DNA of 64,000 nucleotides from Squalus acanthias (lineage: Eukaryota): assembly GCA_030390025.1 (NCBI GenBank), contig CM059432.1, positions 93,436,001-93,500,000 on the forward strand. Direction: 5' to 3'. The stretch's first letter is position 1. Every line of letters begins with the position of its first letter. A model generated the notes under the pieces. That model was given only the letters and a program-made list of their open reading frames with translations, made no database searches and had not been told where the DNA came from. Of the stretch, positions 11,505-23,942 are shown piece after piece. The position numbers and the translations under genes are program-made.

Positions 11505-14206
11505 AATTTTTTAATTCATTCATGGGATGTGGACATCACTGGCAAGGTCAGCATTTATTGCCCATCCCTAATTGCCTTTGAGAAGGTGGTGGTGAGCCGC
11601 CTTCTTGAACCGCTGCAATTCGTATGGTGAAGGTACTCCCATAGTGCTGTTAGGGAAGGAGTTCCAGGATTTTGACCCAGCGACGATGAAGGAACAGTGA
11701 TATACTTCCAAGTCAGGATGGTGTGTGACTTAGAGGGGAACTTGGAGGTGATGGTGTTCCCATGTGCCTGTTGCCCTTGGTGGTAGAGGTCGTGGGTTTG
11801 GGAGGTACTGTCGAAGAAGCCTTGGTGAGTTGTTCTTGTAGATGGTACATACTGCAGACACGGTGCGCCGGTGGTGGAGGGAGTGAATGTTTAGATGGTG
11901 GATGGGGTGCCAATCAAGCGGGCTGCTTTGTCCTGGATGGTGTTGAGCTTCTGGAGTGTTGTTGGAGCTGCACTCATCGAGGCAGGTGGAAAGCATTCCA
12001 TCGCTCTCCTGACGTGTGCCTTGTAAATGGTGGAAAGGCTTTGGGAGTCAGGAGGTGATTCACTCGCTGCAAAATGCCCAGCCTCTGATCTGTTCTTGTA
12101 GCCACAGTATTTATGTGACTGGTCCAGTTAAGTTTCTGGTCAATGGTGTCCCCCCCAGGATGTTGATGGTGGGGGATTCGACGATGGTAATGCCATTGAA
12201 TGTCAAAGGGAGGTGGTTCGACATTGGCTTTTTGGAGATGGTCACTTGTGTGCCAGGCAAAGTGAGACGTTCTGTAGGATGTATCTGAGTTTGTAATAGA
12301 CACAATCCTGGAACTCCCTACCTAACAGCACTGTGGGAGTACCTTCACCACACGGACTGCAGCGGTTCAAGATGGCGGCTCACCACCACCTTCTCAAGGG
12401 CAACAAATGCTGGCCTTGCCAGTGACGCCCAGATCCCATAAGCGAATAAAAAAAAAGTCCAAGCCTGAATGTTGTCCAGGCCTTGCTGCATGCAGGCACG
12501 GACTGCTTCATTATGAGGAATTGCAATCATCAGCAAACATTCCCATTTCTGACCTTATGATGGAGGGAAGGTCATTGATGAAGCAGCTGAAGATGGTTGG
12601 GCCTAGGACAATGCCCTGAGGAACTGCTGCGGCGATGGCGATGTCCTAGTGCTGAGAGGATTGGCCTCCAACAACCACTTTGTGCTAGGTATGACTCCAG
12701 CCAGTGGACAGTTTTCCCCTGACTTCAATTTTACTAGGGTTCCTTGATGCCACACTCAATTAAATGCTGCCTTGATGTCAAGGGCAGTCACTCTCGCCTC
12801 ACCTCTGGAATTCAGCTCCATGTTTCGCTGTAATGAGGTCTGGAGCCGAGTGGTCCTGGCGGAACCCAAACTGAGCATCGGTGAGCAGGTTATTGGTGAG
12901 TAAGTGCCGCAAGATAGCACTGTCGACGACTCCTTCCATCACTTTGCTGATGATTGAGAGTAGACTGATGGGGTGGTAATTGGCCGGATTAGAATTGTCC
13001 TGCTTTTTGTGGACAGGAGATACCTGGGCAATTTTCCACTTTGTCGGATAGATGCCAATGTTGTAGCTGTTCTGGAAAACCTTGGCTAGAGGCACAGCTA
13101 GTTCTGGAGCACAAGTCTTCAGCACTACAACCGGGATGTTATCGGGGCCCATAGGCTTCGCTGTATCCAGTGCGCTCAGCCATTTCTTGATATCACCTGG
13201 AGTAAATTGAATTGGCTGGATACTGGCTTCTGTGATGGTGGGGTCCTCAGGAGGAGGCAGAGATGGATCGTCCACTTATCATTTCTGGCTGAAGATGGTT
13301 GCAAATGCTTCAGCCTTGTCTTTTGCACTCACGTGTTGGGCTCTGCCATCATTAAGGATGGGGATATTCATGGAGCCTCCTCCTCCCCCCATTAGTTGTT
13401 CAATTGTCCACCACCATTCACGACTGGATGTGGCAGGACTGCAGGGCTTTGATCTGATCCATTGGCTGTGGGATAGCTTAGCTCTGTCTACCGCATGCTG
13501 CTTCCACTGTTTAGCATCCACGTAGTCCTGTGTTGTAGCTTCACCAGGCTGGCAATTCATTTTTAGGTACGCCCGGACCTGCTCCTGGCATGCTCTTCTA
13601 CACTCCTCATTGAACCAGGGTTGGTCCTCTGGCTTGATGGTAATGGTAGGGTGAGAAATATGCCAGGCCATGAGGTTACAGATTGTGGTGGAATACATAT
13701 CCAGGGATGGTGATGGAGGCGTCTAGGACGTTGGCTGAAAGGTGCGAGTACGACTACGTCAGTCTATGGGACAGCTCTCCCACCGATGTTAGTGAGGGGA
13801 CTTTGCAGGGTCGACTGGGCTGGGTGTGCCTCGATCGATACCGGGTGGTGCAGCTGGTTTTACTCTTATTATAGTTTTCCAAAGTGGTTTTGATACAACT
13901 GAATGGCTTGCTAGGCCATTTCAGAGGGCAGTTAAGACTTGACCACATTGCTGTCTGGCGTCACAAATAGCCCAGACTGGGTAAGGACAGCAGAATTCCT
14001 TCCCTAAAGGGCATTAGTGAACCAGATGGGTTTTTACGACAATCTGGTAGTTTCATGGTCACCATTACTGATACTAGCTTTTTATTCCAGATTTATTTAA
14101 AAAACTGAATTTAAATTCCCCAGCTGCCGTGTTGGGATTTGAACTCATGTCTCTGGATCATTATTCCAGGCCTCTGGATTAATAGTCCAGTAACATAACC
14201 ACTATG
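11505..14206 (-). mobile_element. Internally deleted CR1-group LINE (family B) with tRNA-like 5' head
   Basis: RT-region fragments (PANYHPISLLSIISKVME, QFGFRQ, DQKLNWTSHIN), degraded APE start near 13760-13815, B box at 14135-14146. Confidence 0.85.
12305..12456 (+). mobile_element. Short 3' tail of family B LINE inserted in opposite orientation inside the larger copy
   Basis: Matches 146-300 and ends in an A-run. Confidence 0.8.
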
Positions 14207-14895
14207 AATCATAGAAAATTACAGCACAGAAGGAAGTCATATGGCCCGTCGTATCTGTGCCAGCCGAAAGAACGATCCAGCCTAATCCCACTTTCCAGCT
14301 CTTGGTCCATAGCCCTGTAGGTTACGGCTCTTCAATGCACATCCAAGTACTTTTTAAATGTGATGAGGGTTTCTGCCTCTCCCACCCTTTCAGGCAGTGA
14401 GTTCCAGACCCCCACCACCCTCTGGCTGAAAATAGTTCTCCTCAACTCCCCTCTAATCCTTCTACCAATTACTTTATATCTATGCCCCTGGTTATTGACC
14501 TCTCTGCTAAGGGAAATAGGTCCTTCCTATCCACTCTATCTAGGCCCCTCAATTTTATACACCTCAATTAAGTCTCCCTCAGCCTCCTCTGTTCCATGAA
14601 AACAACCCCAGCCTATCCAATCTTTACTCGTAGCTAAAATTCTCCAGTCCTGGCAACATCCTCGTAAATCTCCTCTGTACCCTCTCTAGTGCAATCACAT
14701 CTTTCCTGTAATGTGGTGACCAGAAGTGCACACAGTACTCTAGCTGTGGCCTAACTCGTGTCTTATACAGTTGAAGCATAACCTCCCTGCTCTTATATTC
14801 TATGCCTTGGCTAATAAAGGAAAGCATCCCGCATACCTTCTTAACCACCTTATCTACCTGTCCTGCTACCTTCAGGGATCTATGGACATGCAACC
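14207..14895 (-). mobile_element. CR1 (HER1-like) 3' fragment
   Basis: VRPQLEYCVHFWSPHYRKDVIALERVQRRFTRM in ORF 14624..15019. Confidence 0.9.
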
Positions 14896-14917
14896 AAATT
14901 CCCTCAATATATATTAA

Positions 14918-16515
14918 ATGTACCCAACTTCCTTTTCTGGCTGACATTGTTAATGGTTCTCTCTCCTCAGGTACTCTCCCCCTTTCCCTCAAATCTGCCG
15001 TCATCACCCCTCTCCTCAAAAAACCAACCCTTGACCCCTCTGTCCTTGCAAACTACCGCCCCATCTCAAACCTTCCTTTCCTCTCCAGAGTCCTTGAACG
15101 TGTTGTCGCCTCCCAAATTCGTGCCCATCTTTCCCGCAACTCCATGCTTGAATCCTTCCGATCAGGTTTCCGCCCTTGCCACAGTACCGAAACGGATCTC
15201 ATCAAAGTCACAAATGACATCCTTTGTGACTGTGACAAAGGTAAACTATTCCTCCTCGTCCTTCTTGACTTGTCTGCAGCCTTTGACACGGTTGACCACT
15301 CCATCCTTCTCCAACGCCTCTCCACTGCCGTCCAGCTGGGTGGGACTGCACTCGCCTGGTTCCATTCTTATCTATCTAATTGTAGCCAGAGAATCACCTG
15401 CAATGGCTTCTCTTCCCGCTCCCACATCGTTATCTCTGGTGTCCCCCAAGGATCTATCCTTGGCCCCCTCCTATTTCTCATCTACATGTTGCCCCTTGGC
15501 GACATCATCTGAAAACACAGAGTCAGTTTCCACATGTACACTGATGACACCCAGCTGTACCTCACTACCACTTCTCTCGACCCCTCCACGGTCTCTAAAT
15601 TGTCAGACTGCTTGTCCGACATCCAGTTCTGGATGAGCAGAAATTTTCTCCAATTAAATATTGGGAAGGCCGAAGCCATTGTTTTCGGTCTCCGCCACAA
15701 ACTCCGTTCCCTAGCCACTGACTCCATCCCTCTCCCTAACATGTGTCTGACGCTGAACCACACTGTTCGCAACCTTTGGTGTCAAATTTGACCCTGAAAT
15801 GAGCTTCCGACCACATATCCGCAGCATAACTAAGAATGCCTATTTCCACCTCCGTAACAGCGCCCATCTCCACCCTTGCCTCAGCTCATCTGCTGCTGAA
15901 ACCCTCATCCATGCCCTTGTTACCTCTAGACTTGACTATTCCAACGCACTCCAGGCTGGCTTCCCACATTCTACCCTACGTAAACTTGAGGTCATCGAAA
16001 ACTTGGCTGCCTGTGTCCTAACTCGCACCAAGTCCCGTTCACCCATCACCCCTGTGCTCGCTGACCTACATTGGCTGCCGGTTAAGCAGCGCCTCGATTT
16101 CAAAATTATCATCTAGTTTTCAAATCTCTCCATGGCCTTTCCTCCTCTATCTCTGTAATTGTCTTCAGCCACCCCCCCCCCACCGAGATATCTGCACTGC
16201 TCTAATTCTGCCCTCTTGCGCATCCCTGATTATAATCGCTCAACTATTGGTGGCCGTGCCTTCTGTTGCCTAGGCTCGAAGCTGTGGAATTCCCTGCCTA
16301 AACCTCTCTGCCTCTCTATCTTTCTTTCCTCCTTTAAGACGTTCCTTAAAACTTACCTCTTTGACCAAGCTTTTGGTCACCTGCCCTAATTTCTCCTTAT
16401 GTGGCTTGGTGTCAAATTTTGTGTCTTATAATACTCCTGTGCAGCGCCTTGGGACGTTTTACTAATTAAAGGCGCTATATAAATATAATATAAACACAAG
16501 TTGTTGTTGTTGTTA
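14918..16515 (+). mobile_element. L2 LINE 3' half (RT, disrupted)
   Basis: NYRPISNLPFLS, DLSAAFDTVDH, GVPQGSILGP, YTDDTQLY, LHWLPV; tail ggcgctatataaat...(ttg)n. Confidence 0.93.
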
Positions 16516-17047
16516 TTCCAAAAATCAAATGAAGCGACAATTTTTGCAGCTTCAAGTACAAAACACAAGAACCAAATTATCAATAGGGATTAATACCTAC
16601 TCTGAATGAGACGAGGGCTGATTAAAACTGATAGCATCAGTCATCAAGACCCATTTTCGCACTTGTCTCTGGACTGAACTTAAACTCCTCTTCAGTGGTA
16701 TTAAAGATAGCTGCCTATTCAAACGTGTTGCACCACTTTATTATTTATTAAGAGAGCCAGTCTGTCATTTATCAGTGTCGGCTCTTACATTATCGTACTG
16801 TAGGCCACCACATATAGATTACAGAATTTAAGGCACAAACATACCAAATAGCTGGCCTCATCTAAAACTAAATGAAAACTTACATTGGGCTAAAACGAAC
16901 AGATGGAAAATCATGAAGGGTCTGGGGAAATAAACCTGAATGTGCTCCCAGCAAGCAGAGCTATGCGCCAGGAATGCGAGAGATGAAAATTCACCACATG
17001 TAATAACTGGAAAAATGAATAGAACTAATTTGCAGTTGAAAGAAAAA

Positions 17048-17506
17048 GAAAAGACTTGCATTTATACAGCGCCTTTCATGACTTCAGGATGTCTCAAAGC
17101 ACGTTACAGCCAATGAAGTAATTTTTGAAGTGTAGTCACTGTTGTAGTGTAGGAAACGCGGCAGTCAATTTGCGTACAGCAAACTCCCACAAATAGCAAT
17201 GTGATACTGACCAGATAATCTGTTTTTTTAGTAATGTTGATTGAGCGATAAATATTGGCCAGGACACTGGGGATAACTCTTCTGCTCTTCTTCGAAATAG
17301 TGCCATGGGATCTTTTACATCCACTTGAGAGAGCAGACAGGGCCTCGGTTTAACGTCTTATCCAAAAGACGGCTCCTCCGACAGTGTAGCACTCCCTCAG
17401 TACTGCACTGGAGTGTCAGCCTAGAGTTTTGTCACTGGAGTGGGACTTAAACCCACAATTTCTAACACAGAGGTGAGAATGCTAACCACTGAGCCACAGG
17501 TGACAC
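17048..17506 (-). mobile_element. Full-length tRNA-derived Deu-domain-type SINE
   Basis: Reverse strand: GTGGCTCAGTGG head, core ggataagacgttaaaccgaggccc...aagatcccatggcact...gtgtcctggccaa resembling the SINE3/Deu domain, L2-like tail. Confidence 0.8.
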
Positions 17507-17624
17507 GAATAATTAAATTGGCTAGTTTACAATGAGGTTTTACTGGTTAGATTATTAAATGTCATGTAAGAAAAGGATTAACAAAGTTTCGTATAGTTAC
17601 AATAAACTAGGTAAAAAAGATATT

Positions 17625-18325
17625 GGCCCGGAATTTGCGGTCAGTGACGAAGCGAAGGCGTTCACCGCTGGCCCCGAAGTAAGCTTCACACAAAGATCTC
17701 GCCATCTCTGTGTCGAGAAGTTCGGGTTTTCCGATGTTCAATTCAAATCAATGGAGTTTAGTGGGGATCCCCTTGTGCGAGCTGCTGTGATGTCAACAAG
17801 CTGTCTAAGCAGCCAATCAAAATGCAGAATTCTCAGACAGCGAACCAGGAAGTGAGTAAGCTCTTAAAATTCTAACTTTTAAAAAATGTTAGAGAGAACA
17901 AAACAAAGATTGGGGCTCTCATATGGGGAAAAGGAAAAACTGAAATAAGATGAACAAACTAAGTTTCTTAAAAATTCTATTTTTTAATTAAAATTGATAA
18001 ATTTGACACTGCACAAAATTAAAATTAGTTTTTCAGCCCATAACCTTTGTTTAGCAGTCAATATACTGTTAAAACCCCAGTTACACCTAATCCTTTTGAG
18101 TCTAACTTTTAGTGGGGAATTTAACAGGGTAATTACTGCGGAAGAGCCAAAGTTTGTGTCAGTTTCCCTGATTTGAGTGATTTCACTGATTGTCGGCTCT
18201 GTTTGGGGGGCACAGCGCAGCCTGTGTCGGAGCTGTGAATGACAGACTGCAACTTCAGGATTTCCAAGTTGCGGTCAGTTTAAAAAGCGGCCAGTTTGCT
18301 GTCACCCGGACCGCAAATTCCAGAC
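17625..18325. mobile_element. Harbinger-type MITE
   Basis: TIRs ggcccggaatttgcggtc / gaccgcaaattccagac; related copy at 58399-58917. Confidence 0.75.
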
Positions 18326-19009
18326 AGATATATACAAGAAAGCAAATAGCATGTAAACTACAGCAAGTGCTGATAATAGATTTTTAATTATGGGCATGGT
18401 TCTTAACCACTCCCAGGATGGCTAGTCACATAAATCTGCCTGCCAGTCATTAACAGTTGTGATCATGTGACCACCCTCCAGTTACAGTCGAAAGAAAATG
18501 CTGGCAAGTGTCATTTTGGTCCAGCCAAGAGTGACAAGAGGCCTTGCAGGGAGAAATAAAACTGGCAAAGAGCTTGGGTGGGCAGTCACAGAGGTTGGAT
18601 GAAAGAGAAGGTAAACACATTTAGAATAGCAACACAGTCAACTCACTACAATATGTTACTTGGGAGCCAGCCAAAATGCACATTATAGCGAGATACACAG
18701 CATCTCAGGAGAAACAGCGTGGGCCCATTAAAGGGGCTGGGAAGAAATGCTCTAATAATGATGTTTGAAAACACTTCAAGTCCATTACTGAAGCTGAGGA
18801 GTCATTTCTGCAATAAACTGATGGCATTTCTCAGTCTCTTGTGAATTTAAACACGAGGCTGCCTTTTGCTTTTCAATTTGGTTTACGGTCTGTAAAAACC
18901 ATTATCAGTATGCGCATGCGACAATGAATGCTATCTCTCCAGCCGAAATAACCCCAGAAGCACTAATTCTGCTTTCTTCAAAGTGAGAGCTGTTTGTGGT
19001 AGGGAAATG

Positions 19010-19330
19010 GTAACCAGTGTTAGCACCAAGCACTCCCAGGTTAGGTATGAAGTGTCCTAACCTCAGAAGAGCACTCCAAACTGCTCCAGTGTGACATTTT
19101 CTATTTCCCATTCTAGCTATCCTTTGACATCTTTGAATAAGATTACCAATTTAGTGCCAAATTAGGGGCAGTTCTTTGCTGTGAAGGAATGAGATGGAGT
19201 CTGCCCAAAATCCATTTCACATTTCATTGCTCTTACACCAGCAGCCAAAGGCAACGTTCATCCCATCAGTCTGGATTTGATTCAAACCCAGTACCAGAAG
19301 TGACAGTGTCCAACCCACTCACAATCTATT
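19010..19330 (-). mobile_element. Ancient SINE remnant, family uncertain
   Basis: Reverse strand cctgggagtgcttggtgctaacactgg resembles an old vertebrate SINE motif (recalled); decayed B-box-like ggtttgaatc near 19280-19290. Confidence 0.35.
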
Positions 19331-19729
19331 GCCAATGATAAACACTTTAAATAATCACACTATTGCTAATTAGCTAGAGATGCTATTACAGTATGTTTTA
19401 AATCAGAGATTATCCCGATATCACCAAAATAAAACAAATCAGACTGCTCAGAAAACATTTACATAATCTATTTATATAAGGCTCTCATAGCCCAACTTTA
19501 CAGGAAATGCCATAACCACTAGTCTCCCACATATGTTAAACGTAATTCTCATAACTTTCCAGCTGCACCAGATCACAGGAGGTGTTTTATTAAGTTTTGG
19601 CAGTGCAATTAGGTTTTATACAGTAAGAAAAGTAAAATGTATACGTTGCGCATGATGATACAGTAAGACCATTCTTTTTTGCATCTGGTTACTTGAAAAA
19701 TTGGGATTTTAAGAATATAGATAACAGAC

Positions 19730-20105
19730 ACTATGATAGAAATGTTTAATGTTATGAAAGGATGGGACAGGGTAGAAAGAAGCAGACTGTTTCCAGCAGT
19801 TGAGGGGTCTAGAACGAGGGCGATAGATACAAGATTAAATGTAAGAGATTTAGAACAGAGAGCAGGAGAAACGTCTTCACACACGAGTTGGGAGGCTGTG
19901 GAATTCTCTTCCAGGGTTAGTGATTGAAGCACAAACTATGTCAACATTGAAGGTTAGATTGGATAGGTGGATGGAGGAAAAGAAAATGAAGAGATTCGAG
20001 AACAGGGTGGGTAAATGTGATTAGGACTATTTGCTCACGTGGAGGGTAAATGTCAATATGGACTGGTTGGGCTGAATGGCCTGTTTGTGTTGTAGCTTCT
20101 ATGTA
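19730..20105 (+). mobile_element. CR1 3' fragment
   Basis: IEMFNVMKGWDRVERSRLFP..GSRTR followed by a gggctgaatggcct tail. Confidence 0.8.
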
Positions 20106-20685
20106 CGAAGATCCCAGCCTATAGCATCAGTAGAAAAGATCTAATATTTCAACTGTTTAAAAAATATATATATATACACATGCAGGAGGAATAATCGGGG
20201 CGGGGGTGGGGGGGGGAGGAGGAAATGAGAAAGAGACAGGTCTGAAAGCAGGTTAAAGTATAGATATTTAACTGTAAAAACATTAGCAAAATAACTGCAC
20301 CACAAGACCTTGAGTAGTTGCACTCTGCTCCTGCAGGCTAATTTGCTTTGTTAAAACACTATGCAGTGTCTAACAACATAGGTGAGTCCAAGTTCTGTTC
20401 CTTGCAATACTGTTGCATTAATTTGGAGGCATTAAGATTGGTATACAAGAATAGGATGAAAGAAAAAATATTCAGAAGTAATATTTATCCTTCACCTTAT
20501 TCTTGTTAGCAAACATGAAAAATTAGCTTTTAGTGCCAAATGTGAGTTTAAAGAAAACCTCATAAGTAATATACTGAGGATCAATCACTTCTCATTTCTG
20601 ATAACTGTAATGTAGGGATTCCTGTTTTTGCCTTCTCTCTACCCGAAGAATACTCATTTTACACTTGGACCAAGTTTTTGTCTAG

Positions 20686-21063
20686 TGTTATTGTGGTAGA
20701 TATCCCTGACGTAAGAAAACTACTAGGCACTTGGTCTAGGCGTTAAACAAAGCTTTAATCAACTGTTTTACAACATGGAGGTCTAGCTGTGTCCTTCACT
20801 AGTTCCTGTTAAGAATGTCCTGTGCAAGCTGGGCCCGTGTCCGAGTATTTATACTCTCCCGGGACAGCGCCACCCGCAGGCCACTCAGTATTATTTCATA
20901 AGTCATGAATGACAGATTCATGTCACTCCCTTTAGACATCAGTCAGTGTGTATACAAAGTTTAATAGCGTAAAGTTAGAGATCCTGCAGAGCTAATTTCT
21001 GATACAATGTTGTATAGCTTGCTGTTGTGGTCTCCTTGGTAATAGACTTGAGAGAGTCTAACA
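20686..21063 (-). mobile_element. Possible solo LTR
   Basis: TGTTA...TAACA ends; minus-strand TATAAATA (20846-20853) followed by ATTAAA (20754-20759). No TSD found. Confidence 0.35.
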
Positions 21064-21067
21064 CACA

Positions 21068-23938
21068 GGCCTTGAATTTCCAGCGTGGCCACATCCCGGA
21101 AGTTAGACCTGAAAACGCTATTTTCTTTATCGATAAACGCCGGAATCCTGGCAATCTAATTAGAATACGCCCAAACGCAAAAAAAGGCATAAATTCGCAT
21201 AATTGCCCAATGAGATTTGAATGCAATTGGAACAGAACCAATGGTGTTAGGTGAGGAGAAAACATTTTTCCCGACTGAGTGAGGCAGGGGAGTAGCACAC
21301 AACTCTCGGTCCTCAAGATTTTTAAGCAATTAATTTAAATAGCTCTGTACAGAGTCTCATTTGTCTCAAATCTTTCCCTTCTCACAGATGACCTACGCAC
21401 AGGAAAAATGCAGAAAGACGAGGGCATTTATTTTCTTAGATGAGGAAGTGCAGGCCCTTCTTGAAGAAATTAAAGAAAGAAGGAATCAGCTCAATCCTCC
21501 CCAATATCCCAGTCCTCATGTGCAGTGAGGAAGAGGGTGTAGACAGAGGTACTGAGTACTACCATCCATTGTGCCCAGGATGGTGTAGCAGTGCAGAAAG
21601 AAGTTTAATGACCTGACCAGAGCAGGGAAGGTAGGGCACTCACCATGCTCTCCCTTTCATCCTCGCCCACTGTGGGCGCCACACTCAAGTCTGATCAGTG
21701 ACTTTGCATAGAAACCCCCCAAAGATGCAAACAAGTAGCTCCTTTGTAGCACAAAAGACTAATTTTTCTCTACTTTTGTGTTTGCAGGGTAAGAATGTGT
21801 GTAACACCTGGGTCCGCCCTCTGACCTCCCCCACATCCTCACCCCACCCATTAGGAGAAGGCGATGGATCTGCTGGGCTGCTGCACCACTGTGGCTGCGG
21901 TAGATGCTGAGGTTTTGGGGGGGGGGCTGCAGAGGAGGAAAGAGTTCAGATCCAGGTAAGTAAGTACCTGTCCATTTGTTAACTCTCAATGCTCCAGGAC
22001 AGGGGCACAGGCTTCCCCACCTCCCCCCCGCCCCCGCCACACCCCATTCTCCCCGTGGGGCATCTCAGTGCTGGCAATTCTAACCCTCAGTTTTTGATTC
22101 CGACAGATCACCTTAGACGCTGGAAGGCAGCCTTGAGGGATCTAACAGCTGCCATTGTTCCACCCATGAGGGTGCCGAGTGCTGCTCTAGATCAAATCTA
22201 CATTGGAAGGGTGGCTGGTGTGGTGAACGTGTCTGCTGTCTCCACCTCTCCGGGCAGCACCACCAGCCTGGTCTCTGGCCTTCCAACAGCAGGCACCATG
22301 CCACATGTCCACAGCAAGCTGCATGAGGCAGTTCTGGATCTTCCTTCTGGGATGCAGGCAGAAGCAGCCCTGGTCTTGGAACAACCACATGTCCACGTCT
22401 CATCAGGAGGATGGGGGGAGCAGCCTGGCTGGAACATTGTGACCCTCACTGGTGCTATGTGTTACTGCTGTGAATCAAAAACTCATTGTTTCAAACAGTT
22501 AAATATTTATTTAAATTATTCAAAGGTTTCAAAATATATAACAATACCCAATGTTTGCATTACTGTAACTCAGGTTGGCAACGGTTCCAAACTATTGTTA
22601 TTGCTCATTGAAAGTTGTATGTTTGTAAATAGCTGTTCATAGAGTTTAACATTGCAATAGAACTGTTGGAAGTAAAATATGTTTTTCAGGGTTGACTTAA
22701 TTTGTTGCAAGTTCCAAGTACAGTTTAACTTTTTTTTGAAAAGAATTGTATATATTTTAGCAATTTTCACCTGGTTATGAAAAATTTCTTGTAATAATAA
22801 AACTTTTAAGTTAAATAAATCTAAGTCTGTCTCTTCAGTTTGTGACCTCTACGGTAGCGCTCATTGGGTGAAAGCCTGTGCCACACTCTGACCACCTGAC
22901 CCTCTCAAACCCTGCCTCCTGCGGACACACAGCATCATTTGACTCTGGCTCCCGCAGTACAGGATCTGCTTCAATTGGCTCCTCTCCGGGTCTGTCAAGT
23001 TCCAAACCTTGTGTCATTCCATAGTTGTGGAGGACACAGTACACAATGTCTATCCTCATTACTCTCGCTGGGGAATATTGGAAGACACCCCCCTGATTTT
23101 GCTCTTCGTAGACATCCCAAATTTAATAAACTCCCCAGCCCTATGGAATAGGGTGTCAGTCTCCTGCTGGATGCAGGCCCTTTGACTAATCCTGCATAGG
23201 TCCCCCGTGGATGCCTGGAAGGATCCAAACTTGTAGAAGTTGAGAATAGTGATCACCTTCAACTGTACTCTTAATGCTCCGCAGCACTTGGACCAGGGCT
23301 TTAAGTCCTCATGGAGCATACCGCAGTCGATGGCCTCTTTTGTAAAACAAAGCCATTGCAACAGTCAGCTCCTCAGACATCTCCTCAAATGTCAGTCGAG
23401 GCCCATCAACTGTCAGGTCTGGGTACTTGCGAATTGGGTGGTGTCTCCGCAGGTGATGCCTCACTCTCCTGGCTTCCTGTCTCTGGTTCTCTTCCTCTGC
23501 CTCCATTAGTGCACAAAGCAGGCGTCAATCCAGCAAGAGACATTAATTATCTCTAAAATCAAGCTTAAATAGCTGTCTCCAGTAACAAAGATGATAAAGT
23601 CTTCATTCCTCTTGCAGCACCTAATTTGTGCCTGCTTCAGATGACTACGCATGCCTATGCGCCTGAAAATCTGGTTGCATTTGAGGGCGGCCTCTGAACC
23701 AGAGCAATTGCAGGATACTCTCATTTGTAACTGGGGGGCGAGGCCAGTTTTATGGGCGGAGATAAGTTATTGAAAGGGATCTGTAGACGAATGTAAAAAA
23801 ATGACGATATTTAGCTGTAAATTAGTTACACACGTAACTCACTCACGCCCAAAATTTCCCAATCTTTTAAGCTGCATATTTGATTTGTGCCCTGATTACG
23901 CATGTTTCTGGGCACAAATAGGCAGGAAATTCAAGCCC
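21068..23938. mobile_element. Degenerate Harbinger transposon: Myb/SANT-like gene remnant (+) and convergent transposase remnant (-)
   Basis: TIRs ggccttgaatttcc / ggaaattcaagccc (13/14). FLDEEVQALLEEIKERR...QCRKKFNDL at about 21420-21630. HARBI1-like ALRVQLKVITILNFYKFGSFQASTGDLCRISQ and C-terminal IVYCVLHN at 23000-23360; most of the DDE core is deleted. Confidence 0.88.
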
Positions 23939-23942
23939 CAAA

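Noticed and set aside
16685..16715. TEEE on the minus strand resembling the end of the PAG1 penultimate exon
   Set aside because: Not followed by GT, and the upstream residues do not match.
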